A DNA stretch of 63,824 nt, the filler included, from Nemertoderma westbladi (taxonomy: Eukaryota > Animalia > Xenacoelomorpha): NCBI GenBank assembly GCA_032718475.1. It is 3 parts of 3 records of this genome, joined end to end, with 100 filler letters (N's around TTAATTAATTAA, not from the genome) between each part and the next. Parts side by side here need not be neighbours in the genome. Positions count along the whole stretch, not along the records: positions 1 to 28,749 come from JAUCBJ010002977.1; 2 more parts are not named here. One strand, 5' to 3'. Shown piece by piece: positions 11,510-23,200 of the stretch. How positions within the stretch are numbered: the first letter of the stretch is position 1; every line of letters starts with the position of its first letter. The translations under genes were made by a program, and so were the position numbers. The notes under the pieces were generated by a model that made no database searches, was not told where the DNA came from, and saw nothing but the letters and a program-made list of their open reading frames with translations.

Positions 11510-13110
11510 CGTTCCTAATAGTTCCTTATCCATCCAGCTCTTTTCTAATACCTACCCATTCTTTCCTAATAGTTCCCGAACCTGCCAACTCTTTCCTGAA
11601 TCTACCAACTCTTTCCTAATATTTCTTGAACCTACCAACTCGTTCCTAATATTTCCTGAACCTACCAACTCTTTCCTAATAGTTCCCGAACCTGCCAACT
11701 CTTTCCTAATAGTTCCTGAACCTACCAACTCTTTCCTAATAGAAATAGTTCCGGAACCTACCAACTCTTTCCTAATAGTTCCTGAACCTACCAACTCTTT
11801 CCTAATAGTTCCTGAACCTACCAACTCTTTCCTGATAGAAATAGTTCCTGAACCTACCAACTCTTTCCCAATAGTTCCTGAACCTACCAACCCTTTACTA
11901 ATGGTTCCTGAACGTACCAACTCTTTCCTAGTTCCTGAACGTACCAAATCTTTTCTAATAGATCCTGAACATACCAACTCTTTCCTAATAATTCCTGAAC
12001 CTACCAACTCTTTCCTAATAGTCCCCGAACCTGCCATCTCTTTCCTGAATCTACCAACCCTTTACTAATGGTTCCTGAACGTACCAACTCTTTCCTGAAT
12101 CTACCAACTCTTTCCTAATATTTCCTGAACCTACCAACTCTTTCCTAATAGTTCATTATCCATCCAGCACGCTCCTAATACCTACCTATTCTTTCCTAAT
12201 AGTTCCCGAACCTGCCAACTCTTTCCTGAATCTACCAACTCTTTCCTAATATTTCCTGAACCTACCAACTCTTTCCTAATAGAAATAGTTCCTGAACCTA
12301 CCAACTCTTTCCTAATAGTTCCTGAACCTACCAACTCTTTCATAATAGTTCCTGAACCTACCAACTCTTTCCTAATAGTTCCTGAAACTATCAACTCTTT
12401 CCTAATAGTTTATGAAGCTACCAACGCTTTCCTAATAGTTCCTGAACCTACCAACTCTTTCCTAATAGAAATAGTTCCTGAACCTACCAACTCTTTCATA
12501 ATAGTTCCTGAACCTACCAACTCTTTCCTAATAGTTCCTGAACCTACCAACTATTTCCAAATAGTTCCTGAACCTACCAACTCTTTCCTAATAGAAATAG
12601 TTCCGGAACCTACCAACTCTTTCCTAATAGAAATAGTTCCTGAACCTACCAACTCTTTCCTAATAGTTCCTGAACCTACCAACTCTTTCATAATAGTTCC
12701 TGAACCTACCAACTCTTTCCTAATAGTTCCTGAAACTATCAACTCTTTCCTAATAGTTCCTGAAGCTACCAACTCTTTCCTAATAGTTCCTGAACCTACC
12801 AACTCTTTCCTAATAGAAATAGTTCCTGAACCTACCAACTCTTTCATAATAGTTCCTGAACCTACCAACTCTTTCCTAATAGTTCCTGAACATACCAACT
12901 ATTTCCTAATAGAAATAGTTCCTGAACATACCAACTCTTTCCTAATAGTTCCTGAACCTACCAACTCTTTCCTAATAGTTCCTGAACCTACCAACTATTT
13001 CCTAATATAAATAGTTCCTGAACATACCAACTCTTTCCTAATAGTTCCTGAACCTACCAACTCTTTCCTAATAGTTCCTGAACCTACGAACTCTTTCCTA
13101 ATAGTTCCCA
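11510..13110. repeat. 30-bp minisatellite with 36-bp variant units
   Basis: Unit CTACCAACTCTTTCCTAATAGTTCCTGAAC, with an AGAAAT insertion variant; one more unit follows at 14913-14945. Confidence 0.95.
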
Positions 13111-13111
13111 T

Positions 13112-14908
13112 TAGGGCAACGATTTTGATCATTTCTTCGCGATTATCGCGATCTTCGCAAACGTCGCGATCTTCGCGATATGTTGTGTTTACCAATACTA
13201 TAGGTGGAGCTTCGCAAACATCGCGATCTTCGCGATATTTTGTGTTTACCAATACTATAGGTGGAGCTTCGCAAACGTCGCGATCTTCGCGATATTTTGT
13301 GTTTACCAATACTATAGGTGGAGCTTCGCAAACGTCGCGATCTTCGCGATATTTTGTGTTTACCAATACTATAGTTGGAGCTTCGCAAACGTCGCGATCT
13401 TCGCGATATGTTGTGTTTAACAATACTATAGGTAGAGCTTCGCAAACGTCGCGATCTTCGCGATATTTTGTGTTTACCAATACTATAGGTGGAGCTTCGC
13501 AAATGTCGCGATCTTCGCGATATTTTGTGTTTACCAATACTATATAGGTGGAGCTTCGCAAACGTCGCGATCTTCGCGATATTTTGTGTTTACCAATACT
13601 ATAGGTGGAGCTTCGCAAACGTCGCGATCTTCGCGATATTTTGTGTTTACCAATACTATAGGTGGAGCTTCGCAAACGTCGCGATCTTCGCGATATGTTG
13701 TGTTTACCAATACTATAGGTGGAGCTTCGCAAACGTCGCGATCTTCACGATATGTTGTGTTTAACAATACTATAGGTGGAGCTTCGCAAACGTCGCGATC
13801 TTCGCGATATTTTGTGTTTACCAATACTATAGGTGGAGCTTCGCAAACGTCGCGATCTTCGCGATATTTTGTGTTTACCAATACTATAGGTGGAGCTTCG
13901 CAAACGTCGCGATCTTCGCGATATTTTGTGTTTACCAATACTATAGGTGGAGCTTCGCAAACGTCGCGATCTTCGCGATATGTTGTGTTTAACAATACTA
14001 TAGGTGGAGCTTCGCAAACGTCGCGATCTTCGCGATATTTTGTGTTTACCAATACTATAGGTGGAGCTTCGCAAACGTCGCGATCTTCGCGATATTTTGT
14101 GTTTACCAATACTATAGGTGGAGCTTCGCAAACGTCGCGATCTTCGCGATATGTTGTGTTTACCAATACTATAGGTGGAGCTTCGCAAACGTCGCGATCT
14201 TCGCGATATTTTGTGTTTACCAATACTATAGGTGGAGCTTCGCAAACGTCGCGATCTTCGCGATATTTTGTGTTTACCAATACTATAGGTGGAGCTTCGC
14301 AAACGTCGCGATCTTCGCGAATGTTCTAGAAAATTTGTTAAAAAGTAAGAAAATCTATAATGAAAAATATATTTTTTAAAATTTTTCTGGAATAAAATAT
14401 ATTATTAACAGTTCTAGAGAAAAGAGAAATATTTTTAAATAAAATAGCTAACATGTTCTATAGTATGTATATGACACTATTAGTATTAGTATTGTTCACA
14501 GAATTCTAGAATGTTCTATATATATACAGACAGATGGTATAAAATTGTATTCTAGAAGTCCATGTATTTGTGTAGGCCTTCCAGAAATTTTGCTATTTTT
14601 GCGTCGCTGTACCTATAATGGTATTAATAAATAATATTATTAAAGGTTGAGAAATTTTTTTATCGAAGCTCCACCTATAGTATTGGTAAACACAAAATAT
14701 CGCGAAGATCGCGACGTTTGCGAAGCTCCACCTATAGTATTGGTAAACACAAAATATCGCGAAGATCGCGACGTTTGCGAAGCTCCACCTATAGTTTTGG
14801 TAAACACAAAATATCGCGACGTTTGCTAAATTTCGCGATTTTCGCAATCTTCGCAATAATCGCGACGTTTGCGAAGATCGGGAAGAAATGTTCAAAATCG
14901 TTGCCCTA
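13112..14908. mobile_element. non-autonomous TIR (hAT-like) foldback element with 57-bp tandem-repeat arms
   Basis: TIRs TAGGGCAACGATTTTGATCATTTCTTC / GAAGAAATGTTCAAAATCGTTGCCCTA. About 20 copies of a 57-bp unit on the left (13150-14320) and ~3 inverted copies on the right (14664-14830). No clear TSD. Confidence 0.85.
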
Positions 14909-15599
14909 CTCATAGTTCCTGAACCTACCAACTCTTTCCTAATAGTTTGTGATCTGTTATTAATATAATAAAACTGGTCCAATTCGCGGTTCTTTCTCTC
15001 TCTCTATCTCTCTATAGGGCCTATATATATATATAAATGAAATGTCTATCTGGGTGTATATTGGTGTGTGTTGTAGTGCGGACGATGTATTCATATTGTC
15101 AGTTTGTGAAAATGGTAGAAGGGGGGGGGGGGGGATTTAGCCAATCTCTGGAGGGTTTGCAACGCAAACCGCTGCGCTCCTGGCTGTATTATTGAGGTTT
15201 GGGCATTGAAGACACGGTAAACTTCAAAGAATTCCCTCCCAGTTGTACGTAACTGCTGTAGTCCCGACCCGTCTAATATAACAGCATACCCCACAAATAT
15301 AGCCTCATGGTTGATGCTTACCATTACATAGGTTGTTAGTGGTCTTTCAGTTCAGGTAAACCAAGGCCATACATACTGTTCCTAAAATGTATAGCCAGAC
15401 GGCCCTGTATGTTTTATCGTAACTATCAATAATAAATCTAAAAAAGTATATTTTTAAATTTTACTCTATTTATTTTCTTTGTCAAAAAATCTATGGTGCG
15501 CGGCGCCACGCGCCCCTACCGTGGATCCGCGCCTGCGAGAACGTCCAATTTTTTTAAATCATTACGCCCCCAAGCGGGGCAACTGGGAAATTTAATAAT

Positions 15600-15762
15600 C
15601 GTAAAAATATCGAGAGTAAAAAATATCGAGAGTAAAAGTATCGAGAGTAAAAAATATCGTGAGTAAAAATATCGTGAGTAAAAATACCTAGAGTAAAAAA
15701 AATATCGAGAGTAAAATATCGAGAGTAAAAATATTGAGAGTAAGAAAATATCGAGACTAAAA
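15600..15762. repeat. short array of ~15-bp TCGAGAGTAAAAATA units
   Basis: Same unit as the arrays at 60.6 and 62.5 kb. Confidence 0.85.
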
Positions 15763-15793
15763 TAGGAACATGCTAAATTATAAAATAAATAGA

Positions 15794-16135
15794 TTAAACG
15801 TTTGCTAGGGTTGCAAGAGATGGGGCAGATGAACAGACCAAGATATGGAATTTATCTGTAATGGGCGAGTGACAGAATTTACAGGCACATGAATCGGATA
15901 AAGAGTGGAAAGGGCGTTGGTCCAGGCAGAGTTTATGGTGGAACCCGTGCGCTGTCGTCCGACAGAGCACATCGCGGTTCCTTTGGCCGGCTGATCTCCA
16001 TGTGGTAGATTTAAAGGCTGGGCCTCGGATGAAACCTTCGCTAATAAAGTGGTTCTGGCGATCGGCTCTAAAAGCCTTATAAGATTGCACCACGTCTTTG
16101 TCGAAAATACTTGAATAGAACGTCCAATACTTCAA
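15794..16135 (-). mobile_element. LINE ORF2 C-terminal fragment with CCHC-type finger
   Basis: HGFHHKLC...CACKFCHSPITDKFHILVC followed by a stop and AT-rich tail. Confidence 0.55.
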
Positions 16136-16731
16136 CTGAGCTATGATTTCAAAATACTATCACAAATTGGCCCGGAGTTGCTGATGGTTGACTATCATCA
16201 ACCTTAACTGGGAACCAAGGTAACTTGGGAATTTTCGATTAATAATTTTTGATTTGGGAGTTTGTAGAAATTTCGCACTGTTTCGTTTTTGGCCCTAAGC
16301 AAGTCGCTTTAGACGACATTAGTGGTCACGCGAAGCTCCAATGGAAACCTGGGTTCTGCGGGTAGATTAAAGAAAGGGTTGAGCAGTTATGTAGGGTTAA
16401 CCCTTGTCAGTTAGCCTGCCTTATAGGTAACAGCCAAGAGAGAGGGTTAACGCGTTAACACGCCTAGAAGATTATTCCATTAATTAGGGAAAATAGCTAA
16501 TTTATTTGAAACAGATCTATCAGGTAAACGTAAGTTCTTGTTAAACAAAACACAGTTTTTTTGGAAATTATTGCGTTATAAATAATATATTGAATATTTC
16601 GGGATTAATGAAGTTCTAGGAAAAAAGAATGTAACAAATTTTAAGAAGATCTTATTTAAAATGGCGCTTACAAAACAAATTCATAGTTTATAAACTAAAA
16701 TACACAAAATATGAATACAATAATAGCTCCG

Positions 16732-17724
16732 TTATGTATCCGGTGTGTTCATTGCGATACGACTTTCTTTCCACCAATCAGGTGTCCGAACTGCAACCGG
16801 AAGTAACTGTTTATCGGAAGTCCTGACGAGCAGTTCCCCGGATTCCGACATGGCTATACGAACGAGACCCAAACCGAACCCGTCCAGGTAACTCCGAACC
16901 CGACCGGCCTCCTTTCCGTCTGGGGCCTCGAGACGGTCCCCGGGTAGAATCCCCGTCGCATCCGAGGCGACGCGGAAGGGAATTAATCGCTTACGGATGA
17001 CCCCGGTGTGGTAGGTGCGAGCCGTTAGCTCCTGTCCCAGGTAGCAGCCCTTATGGAAGCAAATGGCGTTGGTGTAATCCGCGTTGGATTCCAACGGGAG
17101 GGCCTGTCCGGGGGGCAGATCCACCGCCCCTTCCGCCAAACCAACTCGGTACCGCACCAGGTCGTAATCGTTCTGTGAAACGGACTCGCAGTCCGACAAT
17201 GGGGTGTGTCCGGCTGTCACTACGCATCTACAACCGAACCACGAGAGTCTAGGATCCGATATACAGTTAACTACGTCGGAACTAAGACGCGATTGGATAT
17301 CGGAAAGTTTCGCGTCTAGAATGGAAGCAACTTGTAAATGGGTCACTAAAGATAAATCGACTTTCTTTCTCAGCTTATATTTTTTTATGTGTTTAATTAT
17401 TTCCGGCGCAAGAGTTGCATCGCAGTCCATCAGATAAACTGGTTCGGCATTATTACCCGAAACTAGATGTATAAATATATCGTAGAGGACTCGTCCCTGG
17501 ATGTTGAGCATAAGCGAGTACAGCGAGTCGCCGGAGTTTAGTAAGTTCCTTAGGTCGTTCGTCACGATCCCCTGTAGTAGGTCCGGTACGTCGACCCCTA
17601 CCGCTTGTATCAGTGCCCGCGCCGAGAGTACCGCGTATCTATAGGAACGGGAAGGAAGGTTGCCGAGGTTACGGGGTCTAAGGCGAGCAATAGCACGGGA
17701 GTGTGCCTGTAACAACATCGTCAT
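16732..17724 (-). CDS. IBA57: mitochondrial iron-sulfur cluster assembly factor IBA57 (YgfZ/CAF17 family), single exon
   Basis: 330-aa ATG-to-TAA ORF with signature FHKGCYLGQELTART..TGVIRKRL, LLQGIVTND, LNIQGRVLYD, YKLRKKV, DPR and LPLESN; Arg-rich, acid-free N-terminus typical of a mitochondrial presequence. Confidence 0.96.
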   Translation of the reverse strand: MTMLLQAHSRAIARLRPRNLGNLPSRSYRYAVLSARALIQAVGVDVPDLLQGIVTNDLRNLLNSGDSLYSLMLNIQGRVLYDIFIHLVSGNNAEPVYLMDCDATLAPEIIKHIKKYKLRKKVDLSLVTHLQVASILDAKLSDIQSRLSSDVVNCISDPRLSWFGCRCVVTAGHTPLSDCESVSQNDYDLVRYRVGLAEGAVDLPPGQALPLESNADYTNAICFHKGCYLGQELTARTYHTGVIRKRLIPFRVASDATGILPGDRLEAPDGKEAGRVRSYLDGFGLGLVRIAMSESGELLVRTSDKQLLPVAVRTPDWWKESRIAMNTPDT

Positions 17725-17881
17725 AGCATTCCTCAGCGCTACAGATCCAGATCCAGGTCTAGCTAGCCTATTCAGCTATTGCTGTATATCTTCCTACAGT
17801 CTTATTCCAGTTCCAGTACGGTACCGGTATTGTTTCCTACAGACACACAAGTCCCTAAAAGGTGCCACCCTGCTCCATAGC

Positions 17882-17973
17882 GCGGGAAATTCAAATGATT
17901 GAAAGACATGTTATTTGTACTGGAAAGGGTAGCAGATCAGATCTGCCACCTATATTTTGGCGGTAAATTCAAA
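17882..17973. promoter_or_regulatory. two E2F/CHR (DREAM)-like composite motifs upstream of IBA57
   Basis: GCGGGAAATTCAAA at 17882-17895 and GGCGGTAAATTCAAA at 17959-17973, 160-250 bp upstream of the ATG. Confidence 0.4.
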
Positions 17974-20293
17974 TCTGTTTTAACATTCAATAGTAATAAG
18001 TATAAATTACCATAAGCCGAATATATTGTAGAATATAGGTAAGTATATGGGTCTACACTGTCTGAACTAGAACGCCATCAAGATGGCTTTAAACGAACCT
18101 GTCTTACACAGACTCCAAGAAACAGATGGGATTGGAAGATGCAAACCAAGAATGACTTGCATCAACCAAAAAACTGCCTCCCATCTAATGTAATACACAT
18201 TCGCCTAGGCAAACAAATCATAATCACAATTACTACGATGATGTGTGAAATGGTATCCATATCCGCAACCTGAGAAACGGCCCAAAAGAGCAGTTTATTC
18301 TGCGGAGGGGTCTTTTCTGTATTAGATAAATAAAATAAAGAACACTATAATTACAGTATTTATACCTGATACATTCTCAGTTAGCCTAATAAAAACATCG
18401 GAGCAACCAATATAATGTACATGTACAAGCATCCTATGAAAGTTTGTGAAATGTTCCCTTAAGTCTACCCAACAGCCGTTGGTACCCGGCTGGCAGCCAC
18501 CCTGGTTCAGTTTTATGGTTTTGTTAGTTTAATCGACAGCTGTTGTAAACGTCCCAGATATACAAAACCTACTAAGCCTTTACATTATAATTGAGCTTAG
18601 CCTAAGTTGATGACAGTATTATAACGATGACAATTAGGCCCTATAGATACATACGATATATAAATGATGTACTTACACTAACTGGCTGAATAGAGATAGA
18701 ACTATAATAATACGTTTGGCATTCTGTCAGATTTCAGTAGTAAGTAACCTCATAATAATTGCTAAATATCAATCACCTGAAAAACATTTCAAGCAAGGGA
18801 GTTGTGGGTATTTAATTTCGCGTTCAATAATGTTGAAAATATGCAAATATTTCGAATATCGCACTTCGAATCGTTCCCAACTTTTTTATTCAACAACTAG
18901 ACAACAATTGATAAATACTTGCGTTTACAATTTTACAATGCATGCAAGTGGTTTCAAGCCATTTGGTGAACATACATAGTGACATATATAGTGATATAGG
19001 TAAATATATAGGTAAATATATCCATCGTGTTTTTGCCGGCCTCAGCTTTAGACAAAAACTACCCAGTCTAAAGACAGGTTCGTTATAAAACACTGAATAT
19101 GCAGCGCATATTGAATGTTTTTGGTTTGTCTTACTGTTGTTTTATGCATTATTTTCAATATTGGTACTTATTTCTCACTTAAACTTAAACTTAAATCTAA
19201 CTACAGTAGCAGCGCATATTGAATGTTATCATAAGGTTAAACTTGGGGTCTATCTTCCCAGTACAGTAAATATGAATGAAGAAGTTTTTATTTAAAATTA
19301 ATCTATTTAAATTTAATAAAATAGGAAAAATACTGATAATAAATTAATAAGTCTAATGACATTTCGACCAGATGACTACAGAGACTGTGAAATAATAAAG
19401 ATAATGTAAATACTGAATTTGAAACAATGCAAATACTGGCAGTTAGAATTCAAATCTGCCGCCACCTAATTAACCCGAAAATGGTTACAAAGATATACTG
19501 TAATAAAGTTAGGACCGGAAAATTAATAAACGTAGGCCTACTGGTATTATTGCGGAGGAAAGATATAAACATATCCAATAATAAACAAATAAATACGATA
19601 TTGACGCACAAATTTTTTCGTTGTGGACGGAACAGGATATTATTATAACCTATCTACGAAGAGTTCTTATATCGCTGGTAACATTTTATTCTCCTTATGT
19701 TTATGTTTAAGTTTCACCTTAAGATAATTTTGATACAATGAACTCTTCCCTGAAAGCGGTTTGTCGAGAACTTAACGATATTGAATGTTTTTGGGCTGCC
19801 TTGTATTATATTTTCATTACTTACATATTTCTCATCTGAACTTATACATGGGGAGCGGATACTACGCGTTGTACTGAATCGTTATTGTGCGTTTTGTTTT
19901 ATATTTTGTTTTATATTAATTAGCTAAGGGTTGTTTTGAGCTGTTTTATTCTTCACTACTACTGCTCTGTATGGGGGGAATTTTTGTTTTGAGGGGAATT
20001 AGAATTACACATATGGAGTCGTTAATTTGCGTTTTGTTGTATATTATTACCATATGGGGACAGAGGAGTTTCGTAGAGCTATGTTATATTCAATTACTGT
20101 TTTATTTTCAATTATTGCTTTATTTGAGTCGATACCTTCCTTACGGTATACTGAGTCGAAATTGAGTGTTTTATTTTTATAATTATATAATAATACGAGA
20201 GTTAATTAGAGACAGTATTAAATTTTTACGTCATGTAAATTTGGACAACATTTATTTTATTCTATAGACTTTATTTGATTTTGATGAGTTTTT

Positions 20294-23200
20294 GTACTAT
20301 AGGATAAACCGTAGCAAGTTTGGTATATTTGCTGTACTATAGGATAAACCGTAGCAAGTTTGGTATATTTGCTGTACTATAGGATAAACCGTAGCAAGTT
20401 TGGTATATTTGCTGTACCATAGGATAAACCGTAGCAAGTTTGGTATATTTGCTGTACCATAGGATAAACCGTAGCAAGTTAGGTATATTTGCTGTACTAT
20501 AGGATAAACCGTAGCAAGTTTGGTATATTTGCTGTACTATAGGATAAACCGTAGCAAGTTTGGTATATTTGCTGTACTATAGGATAAACCGTAGCAAGTT
20601 TGGTATATTTGCTGTACTATAGGATAAACCGTAGCAAGTTTGGTATATTTGCTGTACTATAGGATAAACCGTAGCAAGTTTGGTATATTTGCTGTACTAT
20701 AGGATAAACCGTAGCAAGTTTGGTATATTTGCTGTACCATAGGATAAACCGTAGCAAGTTTGGTATATTTGCTGTACTATAGGATAAACCGTAGCAAGTT
20801 AGGTATATTTGCTGTACTATAGGATAAACCGTAGCAAGTTAGGTATATTTGCTGTACCATAGGATAAACCGTAGCAAGTTTGGTATATTTGCTGTACTAT
20901 AGGATAAACCGTAGCAAGTTTGGTATATTTGCTGTACTATAGGATAAACCGTAGCAAGTTAGGTATATTTGCTGTACTATAGGATAAACCGTAGCAAGTT
21001 TGGTATATTTGCTGTACTATAGGATAAACCGTAGCAAGTTTGGTATATTTGCTGTACCATAGGATAAACCGTAGCAAGTTAGGTATATTTGCTGTACCAT
21101 AGGATAAACCGTAGCAAGTTTGGTATATTTGCTGTACTATAGGATAAACCGTAGCAAGTTTGGTATATTTGCTGTACTATAGGATAAACCGTAGCAAGTT
21201 AGGTATATTTGCTGTACCATAGGATAAACCGTAGCAAGTTTGGTATATTTGCTGTACTATAGGATAAACCGTAGCAAGTTTGGTATATTTGCTGTGCCAT
21301 AGGATAAACCGTAGCAAGTTAGGTATATTTGCTGTACCATAGGATAAACCGTAGCAAGTTTGGTATATTTGCTGTACTATAGGATAAACCGTAGCAAGTT
21401 TGGTATATTTGCTGTACTATAGGATAAACCGTAGCAAGTTAGGTATATTTGCTGTACCATAGGATAAACCGTAGCAAGTTTGGTATATTTGCTGTACTAT
21501 AGGATAAACCGTAGCAAGTTAGGTATATTTGCTGTACCATAGGATAAACCGTAGCAAGTTTGGTATATTTGCTGTACTATAGGATAAACCGTAGCAAGTT
21601 TGGTATATTTGCTGTACCATAGGATAAACCGTAGCAAGTTAGGTATATTTGCTGTACCATAGGATAAACCGTAGCAAGTTAGGTATATTTGCTGTACTAT
21701 AGGATAAACCGTAGCAAGTTAGGTATATTTGCTGTACCATAGGATAAACCGTAGCAAGTTAGGTATATTTGCTGTACCATAGGATAAACCGTAGCAAGTT
21801 AGGTATATTTGCTGTACCATAGGATAAACCGTAGCAAGTTAGGTATATTTGCTGTACTATAGGATAAACCGTAGCAAGTTAGGTATATTTGCTGTACCAT
21901 AGGATAAACCGTAGCAAGTTAGGTATATTTGCTGTACCATAGGATAAACCGTAGCAAGTTTGGTATATTTGCTGTACTATAGGATAAACCGTAGCAAGTT
22001 TGGTATATTTGCTGTACTATAGGATAAACCGTAGCAAGTTAGGTATATTTGCTGTACCATAGGATAAACCGTAGCAAGTTAGGTATATTTGCTGTACCAT
22101 AGGATAAACCGTAGCAAGTTTGGTATATTTGCTGTACTATAGGATAAACCGTAGCAAGTTTGGTATATTTGCTGTACCATAGGATAAACCGTAGCAAGTT
22201 AGGTATATTTGCTGTACCATAGGATAAACCGTAGCAAGTTTGGTATATTTGCTGTACTATAGGATAAACCGTAGCAAGTTTGGTATATTTGCTGTACTAT
22301 AGGATAAACCGTAGCAAGTTTGGTATATTTGCTGTACCATAGGATAAACCGTAGCAAGTTTGGTATATTTGCTGTACCATAGGATAAACCGTAGCAAGTT
22401 TGGTATATTTGCTGTACTATAGGATAAACCGTAGCAAGTTTGGTATATTTGCTGTACTATAGGATAAACCGTAGCAAGTTTGGTATATTTGCTGTACTAT
22501 AGGATAAACCGTAGCAAGTTTGGTATATTTGCTGTACTATAGGATAAACCGTAGCAAGTTTGGTATATTTGCTGTACTATAGGATAAACCGTAGCAAGTT
22601 TGGTATATTTGCTGTACCATAGGATAAACCGTAGCAAGTTTGGTATATTTGCTGTACTATAGGATAAACCGTAGCAAGTTTGGTATATTTGCTGTACTAT
22701 AGGATAAACCGTAGCAAGTTTGGTATATTTGCTGTACTATAGGATAAACCGTAGCAAGTTTGGTATATTTGCTGTACTATAGGATAAACCGTAGCAAGTT
22801 TGGTATATTTGCTGTACTATAGGATAAACCGTAGCAAGTTTGGTATATTTGCTGTACTATAGGATAAACCGTAGCAAGTTTGGTATATTTGCTGTACTAT
22901 AGGATAAACCGTAGCAAGTTTGGTATATTTGCTGTACTATAGGATAAACCGTAGCAAGTTTGGTATATTTGCTGTACTATAGGATAAACCGTAGCAAGTT
23001 TGGTATATTTGCTGTACTATAGGATAAACCGTAGCAAGTTTGGTATATTTGCTGTACTATAGGATAAACCGTAGCAAGTTTGGTATATTTGCTGTACTAT
23101 AGGATAAACCGTAGCAAGTTAGGTATATTTGCTGTACTATAGGATAAACCGTAGCAAGTTTGGTATATTTGCTGTACTATAGGATAAACCGTAGCAAGTT

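Noticed and set aside
11552-14982. Repetitive ORFs (KELVGSGTIR, REDRDVCEAPPIVLVNTKY and others)
   Set aside because: These are by-products of 30- and 57-bp units (multiples of 3) that are open in several frames on both strands, with no unique coding flanks.
19350-19395. Minus-strand GGTCGAAATGTC resembling the 3' half of a hammerhead
   Set aside because: The CTGANGA core and the 5' strand of stem II are absent; at most a deleted relic.
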